From assembly GCA_036172245.1 (NCBI GenBank), contig JAYWIR010000044.1, positions 1,302,001-1,366,000 on the forward strand: DNA of 64,000 nt, given 5' to 3'. The stretch's first letter is position 1, and each line of letters begins with the position of its first letter. The notes below the pieces were generated by a model. The model was not told the origin of the DNA. It did no database searches and saw only the letters and a list, made by a program, of their open reading frames with translations. This DNA is from Raillietiella orientalis. Its lineage: Eukaryota. This document shows, piece after piece, positions 12,200-25,700 of the stretch. Both the position numbers and the translations under genes were made by a program.

Positions 12200-14650
12200 T
12201 GCCAGTGGTGGCCCCACTCCCGTCAAGTACACTGGAGAGCTAATTCAGGCTCCCGTATGCCTCTTCTGAGATTCCCCCCTAGCGCCTTTGCATTCCCAAT
12301 CGAGCTTCGTGTCAACACGCTCGCTCATTCTTTGCGCTGGGAGCTGAGTTGCGGTTACGAAGAGGTCATCGGCACCACCAGTTCTGGGCATCCTTGTGAG
12401 GCTTTTACCTCTGTCCCCCACGTCTTCTGTACTCTCGATGCCAGCCGCGAAGTCAGAAAAAGAGTAGTCATCTGCAGCAACTCTCTTCAGCACTGCTTCA
12501 CTTATGGCCACTTGTCGATTGGTTTCCGGTAAGGTTCGGCAGCACTCTGGGGAGTTCAGCGAAGACTCCCTCTTCGTCGCGCGCACACTCGCTTCCACGC
12601 ACTGTTCATCTCAACAGTAGTTCCCCTTCTTCTTTACGGAGTCTTCGCAATCCGTTGCTCTTATTTTTTTCGATCTTCTCCTCTCTGCCCAAGAACGTTA
12701 ATTATCTTCAGGTCCCCAAGTCCTGATTAGTGTGAACGTGATCTCATGCACATTGGAGAATGGATCCAGCTGGTAAGCTGGCTTGGTCGGTGGTTTCCGC
12801 TATGTGTCTCGAGGGGAATGAGGGCCTCTGTTGAAACCACGGAGGTCCTCGAGTTCCTCCTCGCCATGCGCCTGCATGCGCACACTTCACAGAGAGAACC
12901 CCGAAAAGGATTGATGTCCGCCAAAACATTTCTCTGGCTCCTCGTTTTTCGAAGGAGGAGCCAGATGCCTTCAGGCCATCACCATCAGCGGAGAACAGCT
13001 GAATTTCTACAAGCTACTGAGCAGCGCAGAGGCTAGAGTTCAGGGCTCATGGGTCAACTGAATATGCCGCTGCACATTCTTTGTTGGGAAAGACTTTTTC
13101 TAGGAGGACCCATAAACTGTGGTTGGTTGAAGAAGACACTTGAGCACTCCCGAAGATAGATTGGCGTTGAGCTGCCTTATGCCTCTTGCTCTAGGAAACC
13201 ACAGAGCCATCGAAATCCAATTCGGCATCTCGGCTACTGGTCAATTTCCGTCTTCGCTATCTGAACTTTCAGGACGTTCCAGCTGGAGCAGAACGAGTGG
13301 GAAACTGTGTCTTAAATGCCCGGCAAGCGAAAATTAGAACGAAACACGGAACACAAGCTCTCCCAGAAACCAGGACTTCCAGTGAGATGCGGGAATCTTT
13401 GGGAAGAGGAAAATTGGAGGCTGCGCTGCCGCCGCTAATGGACCTCGCCGCTTCCGATTTGACGCCACAAAGCGGACGTGCATCGTCATTGCGCAAAAGC
13501 TGAACCACTCCCAGACCAATCCGGCATGTCCGGTGAGTGCGACAAGTCATGCCGGCGGGCAGATCTCGCGCCTGAAGCGTTTCGAATCACTGTGCGTGTG
13601 CTTCTTTCCAGTCGCAGAGACGGACGGGTGGAAGATGAGTCCGAGGACGCATCCATCCCTCACTGCGGTCCCCGATTGAGGAGTTTGCGCGCGCGCGTCC
13701 TCTCTGCGCGGGCTTTGCAGCTTCCTACTTAGGTATCCTCGGAGCACGCGGCTCCCTTGGGACGCAGAAACCGACTGTGTAAGAGCCAGGTTTTCGGCAG
13801 CATCCGAAGAAAAGAAGAAAGCGGGCGGATTCTAAATTCAGAAGCGCGCGAATCACGTGATGGCAGAAACTCCTCGCTAACCGAACGGGCACCACTGGGA
13901 AGATGGTTCAAACGGTGATGATCGCTGTGAGCCATCCACGGTATGTGAAAAGCAGGGCGAACTCATTTGCCTTCCTCCTAACCTCGTGGCACACACTACG
14001 TCATGACTCATTTCCACCATTCATAGGGGGTGTATTTGATCCACTGATACCCGTGTCTCTCAACGCCTCCTCACTTTACATCCGGCTCATCTCATCATCC
14101 ACTGGAGGAAAACGGGATGACTCCCTTGGAAAAACACGGATGTGTGCTGTCCTTGAGATCCTGGAGCACAGAAGCGTGAAGTCTTCCTCATCCGGGGTTT
14201 TGGTGCTGCAGGTCCGAAGCCCTTCCAGCTCCCGGACAGATCTGGACCGAGCTTGTGGTTGCGGAGATCGAAGATGAACACAGCCGCCTGAGCGCGCTCC
14301 TTTCGTGAACTTCAGCGCTTTGGGCAGACCTTGTCTCGGGGGCTAGGCACGATTCCTTTTTTCGGAATCCGAGCCGCTGCTCCTGGAGGGACTTTCATTC
14401 CATTGTCCTCTTCATAAGAAGAGCGGTGGCACCCCCCTATCCCCCTTTCCCAGGCGGAAGCCGAAGCAGGAGATGCCGGTTGCTGGAAAGAGGTCGGCCT
14501 GCAACAGGTGTGGCGCTCCCAGTCGTAGATCTTCGTCGTGAGCGGAAGTCGGATAAAAACCGCATCCAGCCAGCGGTCCCGAGAGACCGCAGCACATGAC
14601 GGCGCCGAGTCCAAGCGACGGATCTCCGAGGTAAAGCTCTCTCTGGCTGG
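12200..14650 (-). mobile_element. Decayed RLE-type non-LTR element (RT through RLE)
   Basis: Minus-strand motifs in order: LPLTTKIYDW...ERGIGGC (RT2/2a-like), VFFQGSHPVFLQWMM (RT4-like), GVLKCLLQPTTVYG (thumb-like), then an RLE-like segment in ORF 12245-12598. Confidence 0.55.
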
Positions 14651-14999
14651 GCAAGAGGGATTCCCTGGCGGACGTACGGAGTCTCAGGGCTCTTCGCTCT
14701 TCGATTCGAGTACCTGGAATCCTGCGATGGCCCGGTTCAGAGAGTGGCTCTCCTCCTCCTCCTGCTGCTGCCAAGGAAACCAGGGGGGGTCTGCAGATGG
14801 CGCTCAATGGCGTGTTTGAGGGACGTTCTCTCCGGTTCCTTTCTTTCCCGCAAAAAGGAGCGGAAGTTCTGAGTCCGCCTCTCCTCCCTCATTTCCTTGG
14901 CAGCAGGAAGGGGACCCAAGAGATTCGTCCTCACGCGCCTCGCGTGAACCAGGAAGCGGCCCTTTGCAAGACGGGCCATGGAGCGCGAGTTTCCGCAGA

Positions 15000-15800
15000 G
15001 ACATCCTGGAACGCCCGCGTCCTCGGAGCTCCACGTCATCGTGGGCGGTCCGGAGAGCCGCAGGAAGGACGGCGCCGTGCCCCGGGGAGCAGCAGCCAAC
15101 TGCTCACGCGCATACGAGCGCGAGCGTAACCATGGTTTCGCTCTCATAGAGTGGGGTGCGTAAAGCGTTTTTCTCGAAGGCGCCCAGGCGAATGAATCTG
15201 AACGACACCAGGGGAGCAGGCGAAGATGAAAAAGGGATGCTCCCAAAAGAGGCGGATTTCGCGGAACGCTTCGGCGCCACCAGACCAAGCCAGAAGCGGT
15301 GACACATGCGCCTTCCGGAGTCCCCCGGGAGCTCTCGCGCGTACTCTCGAGGTAAGAAAGCGAAAACAGCTTTCCGGACGGGATGCAACTTTCCCTCCAG
15401 GGAATTCGCAGTTTTCACAGCAGCATCTGTCAGCTCTGGGCCAAACCGCTTTTTCTCTTAGTCGTTTGTCTTGGACGCAACTCGTGTACAATGGCCTCTG
15501 CATGCTCTTCCTCTCCGGTGACGAATACTGAAGTCCATCTGGTGTTCTCACATCCCAAAGTGTCCAGTCCCGAGAGGAAAGTGCCATCAGCGTGGATTCC
15601 TCGCAATCCATCTCGCAGCGCAAGGCTGGCAGCTTCCTCTTTGCAAACGGCAGAGGCTACAGGACCACCTGGAGAGGAGTGGATTCTCGCACCTAATGTC
15701 AGCTGGTCTTCCAGTTCTCCTCCAGTGAACAAGAGCAGACATGTCGGACACATTGGTCGCGATGAATCGTGACCTCGTCCGACGAAAAGACGACCTGCAA
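15000..15800 (-). mobile_element. Decayed CCHC/RLE C-terminal fragment
   Basis: SSRDWTLWDVR, then RCCCENC, then AFEKNALRTPLYESETMVTLALVCA*AVG (cf. K..KY..L....vvGalG). Confidence 0.4.
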
Positions 15801-16139
15801 GTGGACAAGGTGGTAGGTCTTCTTTCAGCAGAAGCCTCTGCCAGACAGCCTCAAGATTAATTCGGAAATGACCATCAGGGTTAGGACGGCACGAGGCACC
15901 CTCGAGACGTGCGAAGTCAATCTCTTCACGTCTCGGCAGCAGCCAGCATCTTTCCTTGAAAATCTCGCTTCCCCCTTGCTCTTGAGATTCCAGGGCAGGA
16001 GAAACCTTGGTCTTTGCTTTGGAGAGTGACTCTTGAGTCCACAGAACAATCTTTTTTTTTTTTCCTCAAGAAAAGAAGGGAGCTAAGGGTGCAGGTCTTT
16101 TCTCAGTGAGAACGAGCACCAGACGAAAGAGCCAATAGC

Positions 16140-17700
16140 TTGACAGAAAAGGAGATGCATCACTTCGATGCTGGACTCTTCTTTCCCCTCATTCCCCAAT
16201 CTTCACGAGCGGCAAACAGCGTTTCGAAGAAGAATCGGTCTGCAACACCAACAGCCCATTCCACCAGTGTGACAAGTGTTCTTAATGAGACTCATTCACA
16301 TCTGTCATCTACAAAGGATGCTGACGAGCACACCCGAAGACAGGAGAATTCCTCTGGACGTTCTGCAATCAGTCTGGCCTGTTCTTTGCTGACGAGGTTG
16401 AGGCTACCGGGCCCGGCACGTATCTAGCTGAGAGGTGGCGCATGATGGAGCACGCGCCACCTCTCAGCTGGATGGCCCTTAGATCGATCCCGCCGGCATT
16501 TCTTTGAATGAGCGAAAATGTTTCTTAAGAGTGGGGGGGGGGAGGGAAGAGGTGACTTCATTCTTGGTGCCCTTCTGCCTTGAATTCTCCTCTCCGGCCA
16601 TGGCTTATCGCACGCACCGGGCATGCCGGGATCGCCCGTTCTTCTTCCTGGAGCACCGGATCGGATCAGAGTTCCCTCTGGGGGATGGAACGGCTAGAGA
16701 GTGACCAGCTCCCAGTTACTCCGTCAGTCAAGGAGCGCAGGTCCATTATGCCTCTTGGTAGCACATCTCCGAGTCGCTAAGGAAGCGAAGAAGGACGCAT
16801 CGATCGTTTTCCGCCTCTTCCCTCTCTTTAAGGAGAGTGGTAAGAAGAGGTCGCAATTGTGCATCGACACACTGTGGTCCCGTTGGCTTCAATTTGCATC
16901 CATATCCAAGAAGATGGTGGACCGAATCAAATGCCTGTCCTTGTCCCTCGCGTGCTCATCCTCCACCGATTTAAATCCTCCTGCTGCCCAACTTTAAGTG
17001 CTTCAATGTTTCTGAAGACATGAGGGAAATCATTTGGGGATTGTTTCCTGTTTCCCCAGCATCTTTTCTTCCCAGGTTTCCTTTTTTATCGATCCTCTGA
17101 TTGCTGAACAACGAGGCCTAGGGGCTTACGAAGCTCTTTGCCACTGCTCCACGCCACCCGAGAGTGAGTGTGTAACTCTTCCAGATAGGGGACAACCCTT
17201 AGGAACCACCCCTAAGGACCACGCACCATGGTACGAGTTGGAGGATCTCCCTCTTCATCTGTGATTTTGTTTCTTCCTTTTGCATGTCATTATGCTCTTC
17301 GATGAGACTCTGATGCTCCACGTCTCATCACATTGTAAGGCAGGTGTGAGAGTTGCCAGGCCGTGACACGCCACATGAAGAACATCGTGGTCATTTGGAA
17401 GTCCCCTCGATGGTGGCAGGTGGCCAAAGAAGCCATTCTGCGGAAGCTCCACATCAGCATGTGTGAAGAAGAGAGCACACAGCTACGCTGAGCAACACCA
17501 GCTCGGCTGAACCAGGAACGACATCGCGATACTGACAGAGCAGTCGCCGCTGATGCACCAGGCACCTTGGAAACGTGTGCGCTCGGAGCAACGCTCTCAG
17601 TTGCCTCCCGCGGCGGTGGAACAAACCATTGGTGGCGGCGTGCGACAAGGCCGGGCGTCGTCACCTGCGATTTCTTGATCATCAACAGGAATGCGAGTTC
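16140..17700 (+). mobile_element. Decayed RLE-type non-LTR element (RT C-half to RLE)
   Basis: RIGLQHQQPIPPV (RT4-like); SGLFFADE with FADE at 16385-16396 (cf. FADD); ETLMLHVSSHC at ~17305-17335 (CCHC); GTLET near 17560. Confidence 0.6.
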
Positions 17701-19137
17701 CATGTGAGCCCACGAATCCCCTACAGCGGCCTCTTTAGGTACGGCGCGTGGTTAATTATCAACGGGACCACATTAGGCAGGGAAAAGGGGTCTCCTGATT
17801 TAAGCTCCTGATTTGAAGCTCTCCTGCGGCTTGAGGCTGCAATTTTACCACGAAACAGTAGCGAAGCCAGGGACTCCGCGATCGAGGAACGGGAAGATGA
17901 GCCCCCAGGGGATTAGATATCTTCCCACAAGTGACTCCTATGGATCATATGCCAAGGGAAACATCAGAGGAATTCGGAGGAGGACATCGCGCGGCTCTGC
18001 TTCTAAAACCAACTGAGCCTCGAAACCAAGCAGAGATGAGCGTCACATTTTCCACACGGATGCTGCAATTCCCGACGTTTCACGCTGTCCGAGAATCCGA
18101 AATTTTGGGTCGAAGGACCGGGGCTTTCGATGTGGCCTCGAGCCAGGGATGCAGCTCTTGAAATTCAGCATTATGTCGGCGTGACAACGAAACAGGAAGG
18201 GAAATCATCAAGAAACACTGCCAGGACGCTGGACACACCTAAAACGGGTCACGGCGGAAATCACCCAGAGTCGGAATGGGGGGTGAGGGCTTATCCACAG
18301 CAATCGAGTGGGGTCAACTGCTTGCGTTGACCTGAACGGGTGATCCCAGCAAGGCCCCCCATATTGACAAGCCTTCCCTGGTCCGCAAAACCTCTTGCAA
18401 AACAGCGCTCCCTCCAGAATAAGGAAGAATTTGGGAAGGAGGAAACAAGTCCAGCGTCCTTCCAGACGAGCAAATGAACGCTCATTTGGACGCTGAGCGA
18501 AAAATTGACTCGCGTGCGCACACGCAGCTCGTTTAGCAGTGCCGCAGGCCGCAGGTGCAGTCACGCACACGTCTTCACGGGTTCGAGGAGCTCAAAGAAC
18601 CTGAACGCATGACCCCTGGTGACCACTACTCGCTCGTTCAGGGTTGCCAGGAATATGACTTCCCGCTGGAGAAACGCCAGTCTCTCCGAGGAAAACGAAC
18701 CGACTCCTCGGCTTCTAGAGGGAGGGAGAGAGACGACGGTTTGGAGCACCTGCCTCGTCGTCCGACGCACTCCGCTTCACGGGGGTGCAGCCAGCACAAA
18801 AGCCGGAACTCTTCAAAGGCGGTGAGGAGGCGTTGCGGGAAGCGGAGGCAGAGCTCAGTTCTCTCCGATTCGGAACTGTCCTCGGCAAGGAAGAAGGATG
18901 GTCATACGACACACCTTCTTGCTCCTTCCGCTTTGATCGGAGAACAGAAGGCGCGCAACCTAGGCGCTCCCGCTGGAAGAAGTTTTCTCACCCCTAAGGA
19001 GATTCCCGAGTTGCACGAGAAAGTGCGTGGGAGGACGCTTCGAAAAGCTCCACCGCAGCGTTCCAGCTTTGTCGCTGCTCGAGTCGGAACCGGAGGGCGT
19101 GTAAGAGCAGAGGGACCTTTCGGACACGTTCCATTTG

Positions 19138-19200
19138 CAAGATTCGAACCCGCGACCTTCTTCTGAGCACGAGGGGTTTTCACCGCTGCGGCGGACCCAC
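19138..19200 (-). pseudogene. tRNA-like remnant / SINE head
   Basis: Reverse complement ...gtgctcagaagaaggtcgcgggttcgaatcttgc carries the tRNA variable-loop/T-arm signature AAGGTCGCGGGTTCGA. No complete cloverleaf. Confidence 0.5.
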
Positions 19201-22200
19201 AACAAGCCTCCACTTGGAGTTGCGCGGGGCGAAAGGCCGTAGGTCGTCTACCGAAATTCTACCATGTGGATCCGAGTTCGTTCTCGGTTTTGCGGAGGGC
19301 GACGCAATGGCTGTTGCGCCAGCCAAGATGAACACCGAAAGTGACCCGGTTTCTGCGTCATCCCTCCGTGTGCTGGATGATCCAAAAGCTCGCTGAACGC
19401 TCACGCTTCAAGAAAGCGCCCTCGACTTTCGGATAGCGGATGCATCCACACCAACCGGACTCGACTTCCTTTCTGTCAGGAAGACTGAGCATCGCAAGCA
19501 GAACCGCAGATGCAGGATCCACCATATTGGAATGTGGAACTGCCTCGTGTCGAGCGACAGGCGCCCACGCTCGCTCCCGTGCCTTTCACGCGACTCACGT
19601 CTCACGACCATCGAGGATGAGTTAATCCCTGGAGCGGACTCCCGTCCCTATCCGGATCCAGGGTCTCCCAAGGTGAGAAGGGTGAGGGTCATCAAGACAG
19701 GAGGGAGAAGGACAGAGCGCGAGCGCGGCGAAGACTGCTATGGTCTTGACTCGCTTTGCCCCTCCGCGCACTCAGTAACTCCGAACCGACTAGAGCACAC
19801 GCGTCCTTGGAGCTTCCGTCCCGAGGCCGCCCCGTATCTCCGCCTCCGCATGCTGAGATCTTCTTCCCTGTTTCGACTAGCAGAAGAGAAGTCCCCTCTC
19901 GCGGTCACGTGCGGTGGTGATCGTGCTGCCAAAAACTCTGGGACATCGCGAAATAAATCGGGAGAGTTCCCTCCTTCCGGAGAAGCGCTCGTTCGTACCA
20001 TCCGTCAAGCGAACGGATTGCAGCGAGTAATGAGGGCGAAGTTCATCAAAGCGGGAGAAGGTTCGAAAAAAAGACACGAAAGGCGTCTTCGCGGGGAAGA
20101 CGGAATAGGTGAAGCGAGGCAGCGCGTGCGATCGACGGGATGAGGACCGCATCTGTGCTCCCCTGGATTTATCTCCAGGCTCAAGTGCCCGGACTTCGAG
20201 CGCAAGAATAAAAAGTTTCGACTTCCTTCTCCCGAGAATTGAGAAATGGACGCAATCATCCCAAGGGAGAAAACTACCCGCTCGTCCTCTTCCGTGGGAA
20301 GCTGATGTTGAGCCTCTAGCGCGGGGAAAACGAAGAAAAACAAATAACATGAGCCGACAGGCAAGCGAGAGCGCTGAGACTTGACCGTCGGCTCCGCAGG
20401 CGCTCACCTGGCCGCCCACGTCGTGGGCGGCCAGGTGAGCCCGTCGTGACCTCGCGGCTGGAAACGTTCCCCCGGCTCGGGAACGCTCGGGCACGGGAAG
20501 GAAGCGCGAGACGACGCAGCCGGCCGTCAGCTCCTCGGCTCTGAAGGGATGAAGAGAAATCCGGAATCAGAGGTTCGGCCAAGGGTGCTCACAGAGTGGG
20601 CTGGCGGCCTGCTGATGCAGCTGCCGTCTCCAGATCTCCCGAATCGTGGCGGCAGTGGCACATCTCCGGGTCGCCTCAATCGGGACACTGTACCGAGCGA
20701 TGGAAGATGAGCTTGCTGCTGGCTGCATGGGTTGCGCGTGTACATGCGGGGAAAGGGCGGATGCCCGGCGACGCCCTGGGAGCACGGGGTCGACTGGATG
20801 GGCAGGAGACACTCTCCTGCCCCGAATCGCGCGCGGCTGCAAGAAACGACACTGCTACCCCCTCCGTGGGTGCATCTCCTTCTTAAGGATCGGAACATCC
20901 GTCTGTGCGCAGGAAGGGTCTGAGAGGCGATGACCCCTTGCCAATCGAGCGGCTTTCGTTCCGTGACAGAGGAGCGCCAGCGGGCAGACGACGCGGCGGT
21001 GACTCGCAGGTACCTCGTAAACTTCCTCCCTGCCCTCCGGAGCCATCCGCAGCGTCCAGGGAGGCGGCCGGAAGGTCATCTCTTCCGTCTTCCTCCCTGC
21101 CTCCACCACTGTCGGTCCTTCTGGCTGCCTTTCCCCCTTCCCTCCGTTGCCATGGGAACAGAGTAGAGCGCCACGGGCGCGCACGCTGGCAGGGAACCGG
21201 CAACCCCACGGACTTGGCCCACCCGCATCGGCTCTCCTGCATTCCGAGCTGGGACTACGTTGACGAGAGAGGTGGCAAGAGGGAAAAGTCCGGTCCATCC
21301 GCGATCAGAGACTGCCACCGTGCCCGCCTTCCCTTCCAGGAGGAGGCAAGGACGTGTCGGGAGCCAAGAGATGGGAGAGACGACGAAGATGCGCGTTCTT
21401 GAACGCGCTCCAAAAGTCTCCTCTGCACGGGCGCAGAGGACACTCTTCCCATTATTTTTTTTTGTTGTTTTTTTTTCCCTTTCCCCCCCTCTCCCGGCGG
21501 GCGTTGGGAGCGCCGGGCATTCATCCCTGCCCATGTAGGTTGGCGTGCGGTACGACCAGGTCGCAAGTGACTAGTCCAGCGGCGATGACACCGGCAGGGG
21601 TCGACTCCAGGGTAGACCGCGACTCCTCCCCCCCCTCTATTTTCCAGGCAGATCTCGAGCCCAGAACTTGTTTCCATGCAAACGATGGCTTTTTCTGGAG
21701 CCAGAAAGGGTTCCAGCGATCCCTGCCGCTTCCCTCGTCCGGAGGCGAAGTCGACCATCTGGGAAGTTCGGCTCCAGCTCGCTGCGTGGAGCACCCGAGG
21801 TCAGCGCCGCCTGGAAAGTCGAGGAACGGAGAGGTCCACCATCCGCATATTCCGGAAGCTAGGGCAGCGCCCCGTCCTGCGGTTTTTTTCTCTCTCTCAT
21901 GCGTGGATGGTGCCCGTAGGCACTTGCGAGGTGTCTCCCCGACTTCCCCTACTTCCGGAGCTCTCAGGAGATCCCCTTAGAAACTGCCTCTTCGCAGGCC
22001 GTCCCCGAGGTTTCCTGAAGGCATCCCGAAATTCGATTCGTCATCTGACATCCAGAGGAAACCTCAGCTCATAGCGCTGATCCCGGTCTCCTCCTCCTCC
22101 TCGTGCGGAGCGAGAATTTCTCCGGCATCCAGGAATTCGATTAAGGGGTTCTGTCTCTCCGCCTTGCTCTCGCGGGGCCACGCGGGACGCATATCTTTCT

Positions 22201-23060
22201 TCTGGCCTCGCTCGAACGTGCGGGAGAGGAGTCTCCTAGGCGACCGAACGGTTGTAAGCGTGCGCCGAGCAAATCCCGCCGCTCCTGCGGGACGAACATC
22301 CTCCGTCGCAAGAACCAGCATTGGATAGGGAACCGCCGTCACTCGAGGCGGACTTGCATCGAGATGCGAGATGCGGCTGCACCGGCGATAAAGGAATCTT
22401 TCGCCTCGGCGCTCCCGAGAGTGGACGCCGCTCGGAAACAGACGCAAGCAGCCGCGATATCTTCCACCGCTGTGCTCCATGGCTGCTCCAGTAGTGGACA
22501 CCTCGGGGCGGTGTTAGCGACTCCAGAAAGACGACGAGGAGGAGAAGGAGGAGGAAGAGGAAGAAAAGAGGAAAAAGAGGAACGACCGCAAGGGCGGGAG
22601 GGAGCACTGCAGCAAGGGCCTTCTTGCTCGCGGAGGGCGCCATCTTCCGGCCACCAAGGTGACCGGGAGCATCCGGGAAGACTCGGGATGCCAGCGCCTC
22701 CAGAAAGACGACGAGTAGAAAGAGGCCGATTCTCCGCGGTCGCTTCATTCCCTTCCGCGGATCCTTAGAGTCATGTCCGTCCTCCCTGGGTGAACTCGCC
22801 CCCACCGTGACCACACAACTCGTCGCTTCACGTGAGCGGAGCATCCTGGAGGAAAAGAGACGAAGACCGCCAGCGGGAAGACTTCGGGCTCTGGGTGTTT
22901 GGAGTAGGTCGCTAGCTCAGCCGTGGGACCTTTCCCCCCCCATGGGACCCTCTGACTAGAGCAGGGAGAACGGTCATGAAAGGAGCAGTTACCGGACTGG
23001 ACAAGAGGAGGGTCGTTGTCAAAGGGTTCGGGGATTTGGAATCGCGATAAAACTGCCGGA

Positions 23061-23157
23061 CGTTTCTTCCCGGAACGGGCGCAGGATGCCGGCCGTCTCG
23101 GGCTGGAATTGCTCTTCAGGGTAAGGGACGCCGCATGCGAGCGACCCCGTCGCGCGG
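23061..23157 (+). repeat. 97-bp inverted repeat, copy 1
   Basis: Reverse complement of 27947-28043 with 2 mismatches. Confidence 0.95.
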
Positions 23158-24599
23158 GAGACAGGAGGAGTCATCTGGAAAGAAGGGGACCTTCTGATGG
23201 AAGGGTGCGCAGGGGTCCCTTCCCCGTGGTACCCCAAGGACAGAGAGCAGGGCGCGTGCGTAGGCTCTCACTTGCTCTCACTCTCACTCTCTGCCTGTCT
23301 TTCCGGACGGACCTCCGGCGCCTTCTCCTGAACGATGACAAGTCCCCGAGACGCCGCGAACCCCGCCCCAGCCTCCGGGAAATCATCCGGAGTGGAGGTA
23401 AGGACGGCACGGCGGAATGGAGAGGTTCCACAAAACCGGCAAGCCACGCGGCGGTCGTCATTGCGAAAACGCTACCCGCAGCAGATCCTCAGCAGCCTGA
23501 CGGCGGCATCTTCCGGCCAACTCTCTTCCGCCCTCCCTCCTCTTCCTTTTCCCCTCATAGGCGGAGGGTTCTGCGATCTCTGAGAGCATGGACGGGCGGC
23601 CTGCCAGTAGCGGGAGTTGCGCCAACTCCCTGCGTTCTCCCAGCTTAACGGATTTTTCCCCATCGAACCGATCCCGAGAACCCTGCCAGCGCAGCGCACG
23701 CGACCCACGATGGGATAACCCTCTCGACCGCAGTGCAGCAAACGCTCCGCCGGTGTTCTTCTAATGCCTGTTGTCAGCACGGGACCACTAGAATGGGATT
23801 TCGGCGCATCGTTCTTCGACCCCACGGTAGGAGGAGGAGGAGGAAGAGGAGTAGAAATCATCTCCTTCTGAGATCACAGTTCCAAGATCAACGGGATTTC
23901 CTGCTCAGCTGGATTATCGGGAATCTCCCAGGATACTATTTCGATGCCCATTCCGACCGACTGCCCCTCCTGAAGTTTACATCTTCATTTCCTTCAATCT
24001 TCGGCCTTTTTACATCCCGCGTTATTCCTCCGCACCCCAGCATTCCCGAACCTTATCTCTTCATCTTCGTCGTACCGCACGCGCCATCTCCGACAGAGCG
24101 TTCCCGTAGTCCGACTAGATGCTCCACTGCAGGGAATCCTTCGACCTGTCTCTCCGCTAGGAACATCCCGGAAGCTCGGAGACAGACGAGCCCTTCGCAC
24201 AGCCCGCGCTTGCGAAACGCGCCAGGATGTCACCGAAGCACCGCGCCCCGAGAGTATCGACTGCCGCGTCTCCCCGGAGATTCCGCCGGCGGGACTCGCT
24301 GCAAGCGGATGGATCCCGCGTGCGCTTCAGCGGCGGCAGAGCGACTGCTCGAGGGAGCCTTCAGATCGTCTGTCTGGCCCCTCCGTCGCCTAGACGGCAC
24401 ATCTTGCTGACCTTGGAGACGATTTCTACTTGGGTTGGGAAGAAGGAAGAAGAAAGAGGTGGAGGAGGAAGAGAGGAGCAACGGAAAAGGAGGAGAAGAA
24501 GGTTGAGTAAGGGAAGAACAGGAGGAAAAGATGAGAACCATAGGAGGACAACAGAAGGAAGAGGATGACACAGAAGGGTAAAAGACCCTCCTCCGTCTC

Positions 24600-25700
24600 T
24601 CCACGGACTCACACAGCGTCCTCAGGAACAACCCGCCAGCGAAAGGACGACCGCGATCGTCGTCAGGACAGCGCCCTCGGGGTCTCAAAAAGAACACAGA
24701 AGCAGAATCCGAGGAGATCTGATGGAAATACAGATAAAGTGCCCTTTGCCCAAAATCTTTCATGAACCATCGCGCGCACGAGCCTGGATGGCCGACTGCG
24801 CAAGAAATATTTTCCTGACTGCTGCCAGAAGCAAACAGCTGGACACGCATGAGGGACCCTGAACTTTTCTGGAGCGCAGGTAGTGAAGGTGAAGTCTGAG
24901 GAGGATGCAAGGAGGCGGGGCTGAGTGTAAAGCGGACCTGGAAAGATTTCCAAACTGCAACCGACCACCCTGCGGTCCCACCCAGAGTTTCAGAGGTGTA
25001 GCAGTGGGATGCGATGGGTATCTCAGCAGAAGCTGGGAATCCCGAAGGTCGCGGCATGTGTAGGCTTGACGATCGCTTCTTTCTCGCTCCAGGAACCTGC
25101 TGAAGCATCGTAAGGGCCGTTGGAGGTGTGACTGGTGGCCGCGGAGACTGCGCTAGTTAAAACACCCTCCTTCAAGAAGCCGCGCGCGCCACTGCCAGCT
25201 CGACGGTGATCCTGGAAGTCGGCGATGCCGAAGCGAAGAAAGCGAGAAGGAGGCTGTGAGGGCGGAGCGATGGACCGTCTGTTGTCGTTCTTGGGCAGCC
25301 GAAACGACTTCGCCCACCAAGTGCACCGGTGCACCCGGCGGAATGAACTTCACGCGAACGACCCGATTCTTCGCTGCATTCGTTGCTTCCTGTGGGACTT
25401 GGCGTGCGCAAGCTGCTGCAAGCACAGGTGAGTCCTGGAACAGCAGAATGCTCTAAAGCATGACCGCCCCATCCAAGCGAAGGAATCGACCTGCCCGTTG
25501 GTTTCTGGACCTGCGACCCTTGCACAACAACGCGTGTATTCGTCTACGTGTGAGGAGAACGGCCACGTGACCCAGGATCCAGCTACAGGGCGAGGCTCTC
25601 CGTATTCCCAATGAGTACACCCACTCCTCCACACTCTGATGAGAGAGCTCGCTACATCTTGGTCAGGGATGACCTTGGGATTTCCGCGGGCGCTGCATTT
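24600..25700 (+). mobile_element. Decayed R2-like non-LTR element (ZF plus start of RT)
   Basis: KYR*SALCPKSFMNHRAH (C2H2-like, ~24735-24785), then KCTGAPGGMNF (cf. SAPGPDG) and GESWNSRML (cf. P.sW..s). Confidence 0.45.

Noticed and set aside
11471..13327. LTR retrotransposon bounded by the 225-bp direct repeats
   Set aside because: No TG...CA ends, PBS or TSD seen; the repeat translates to a LINE RT-thumb-like peptide.
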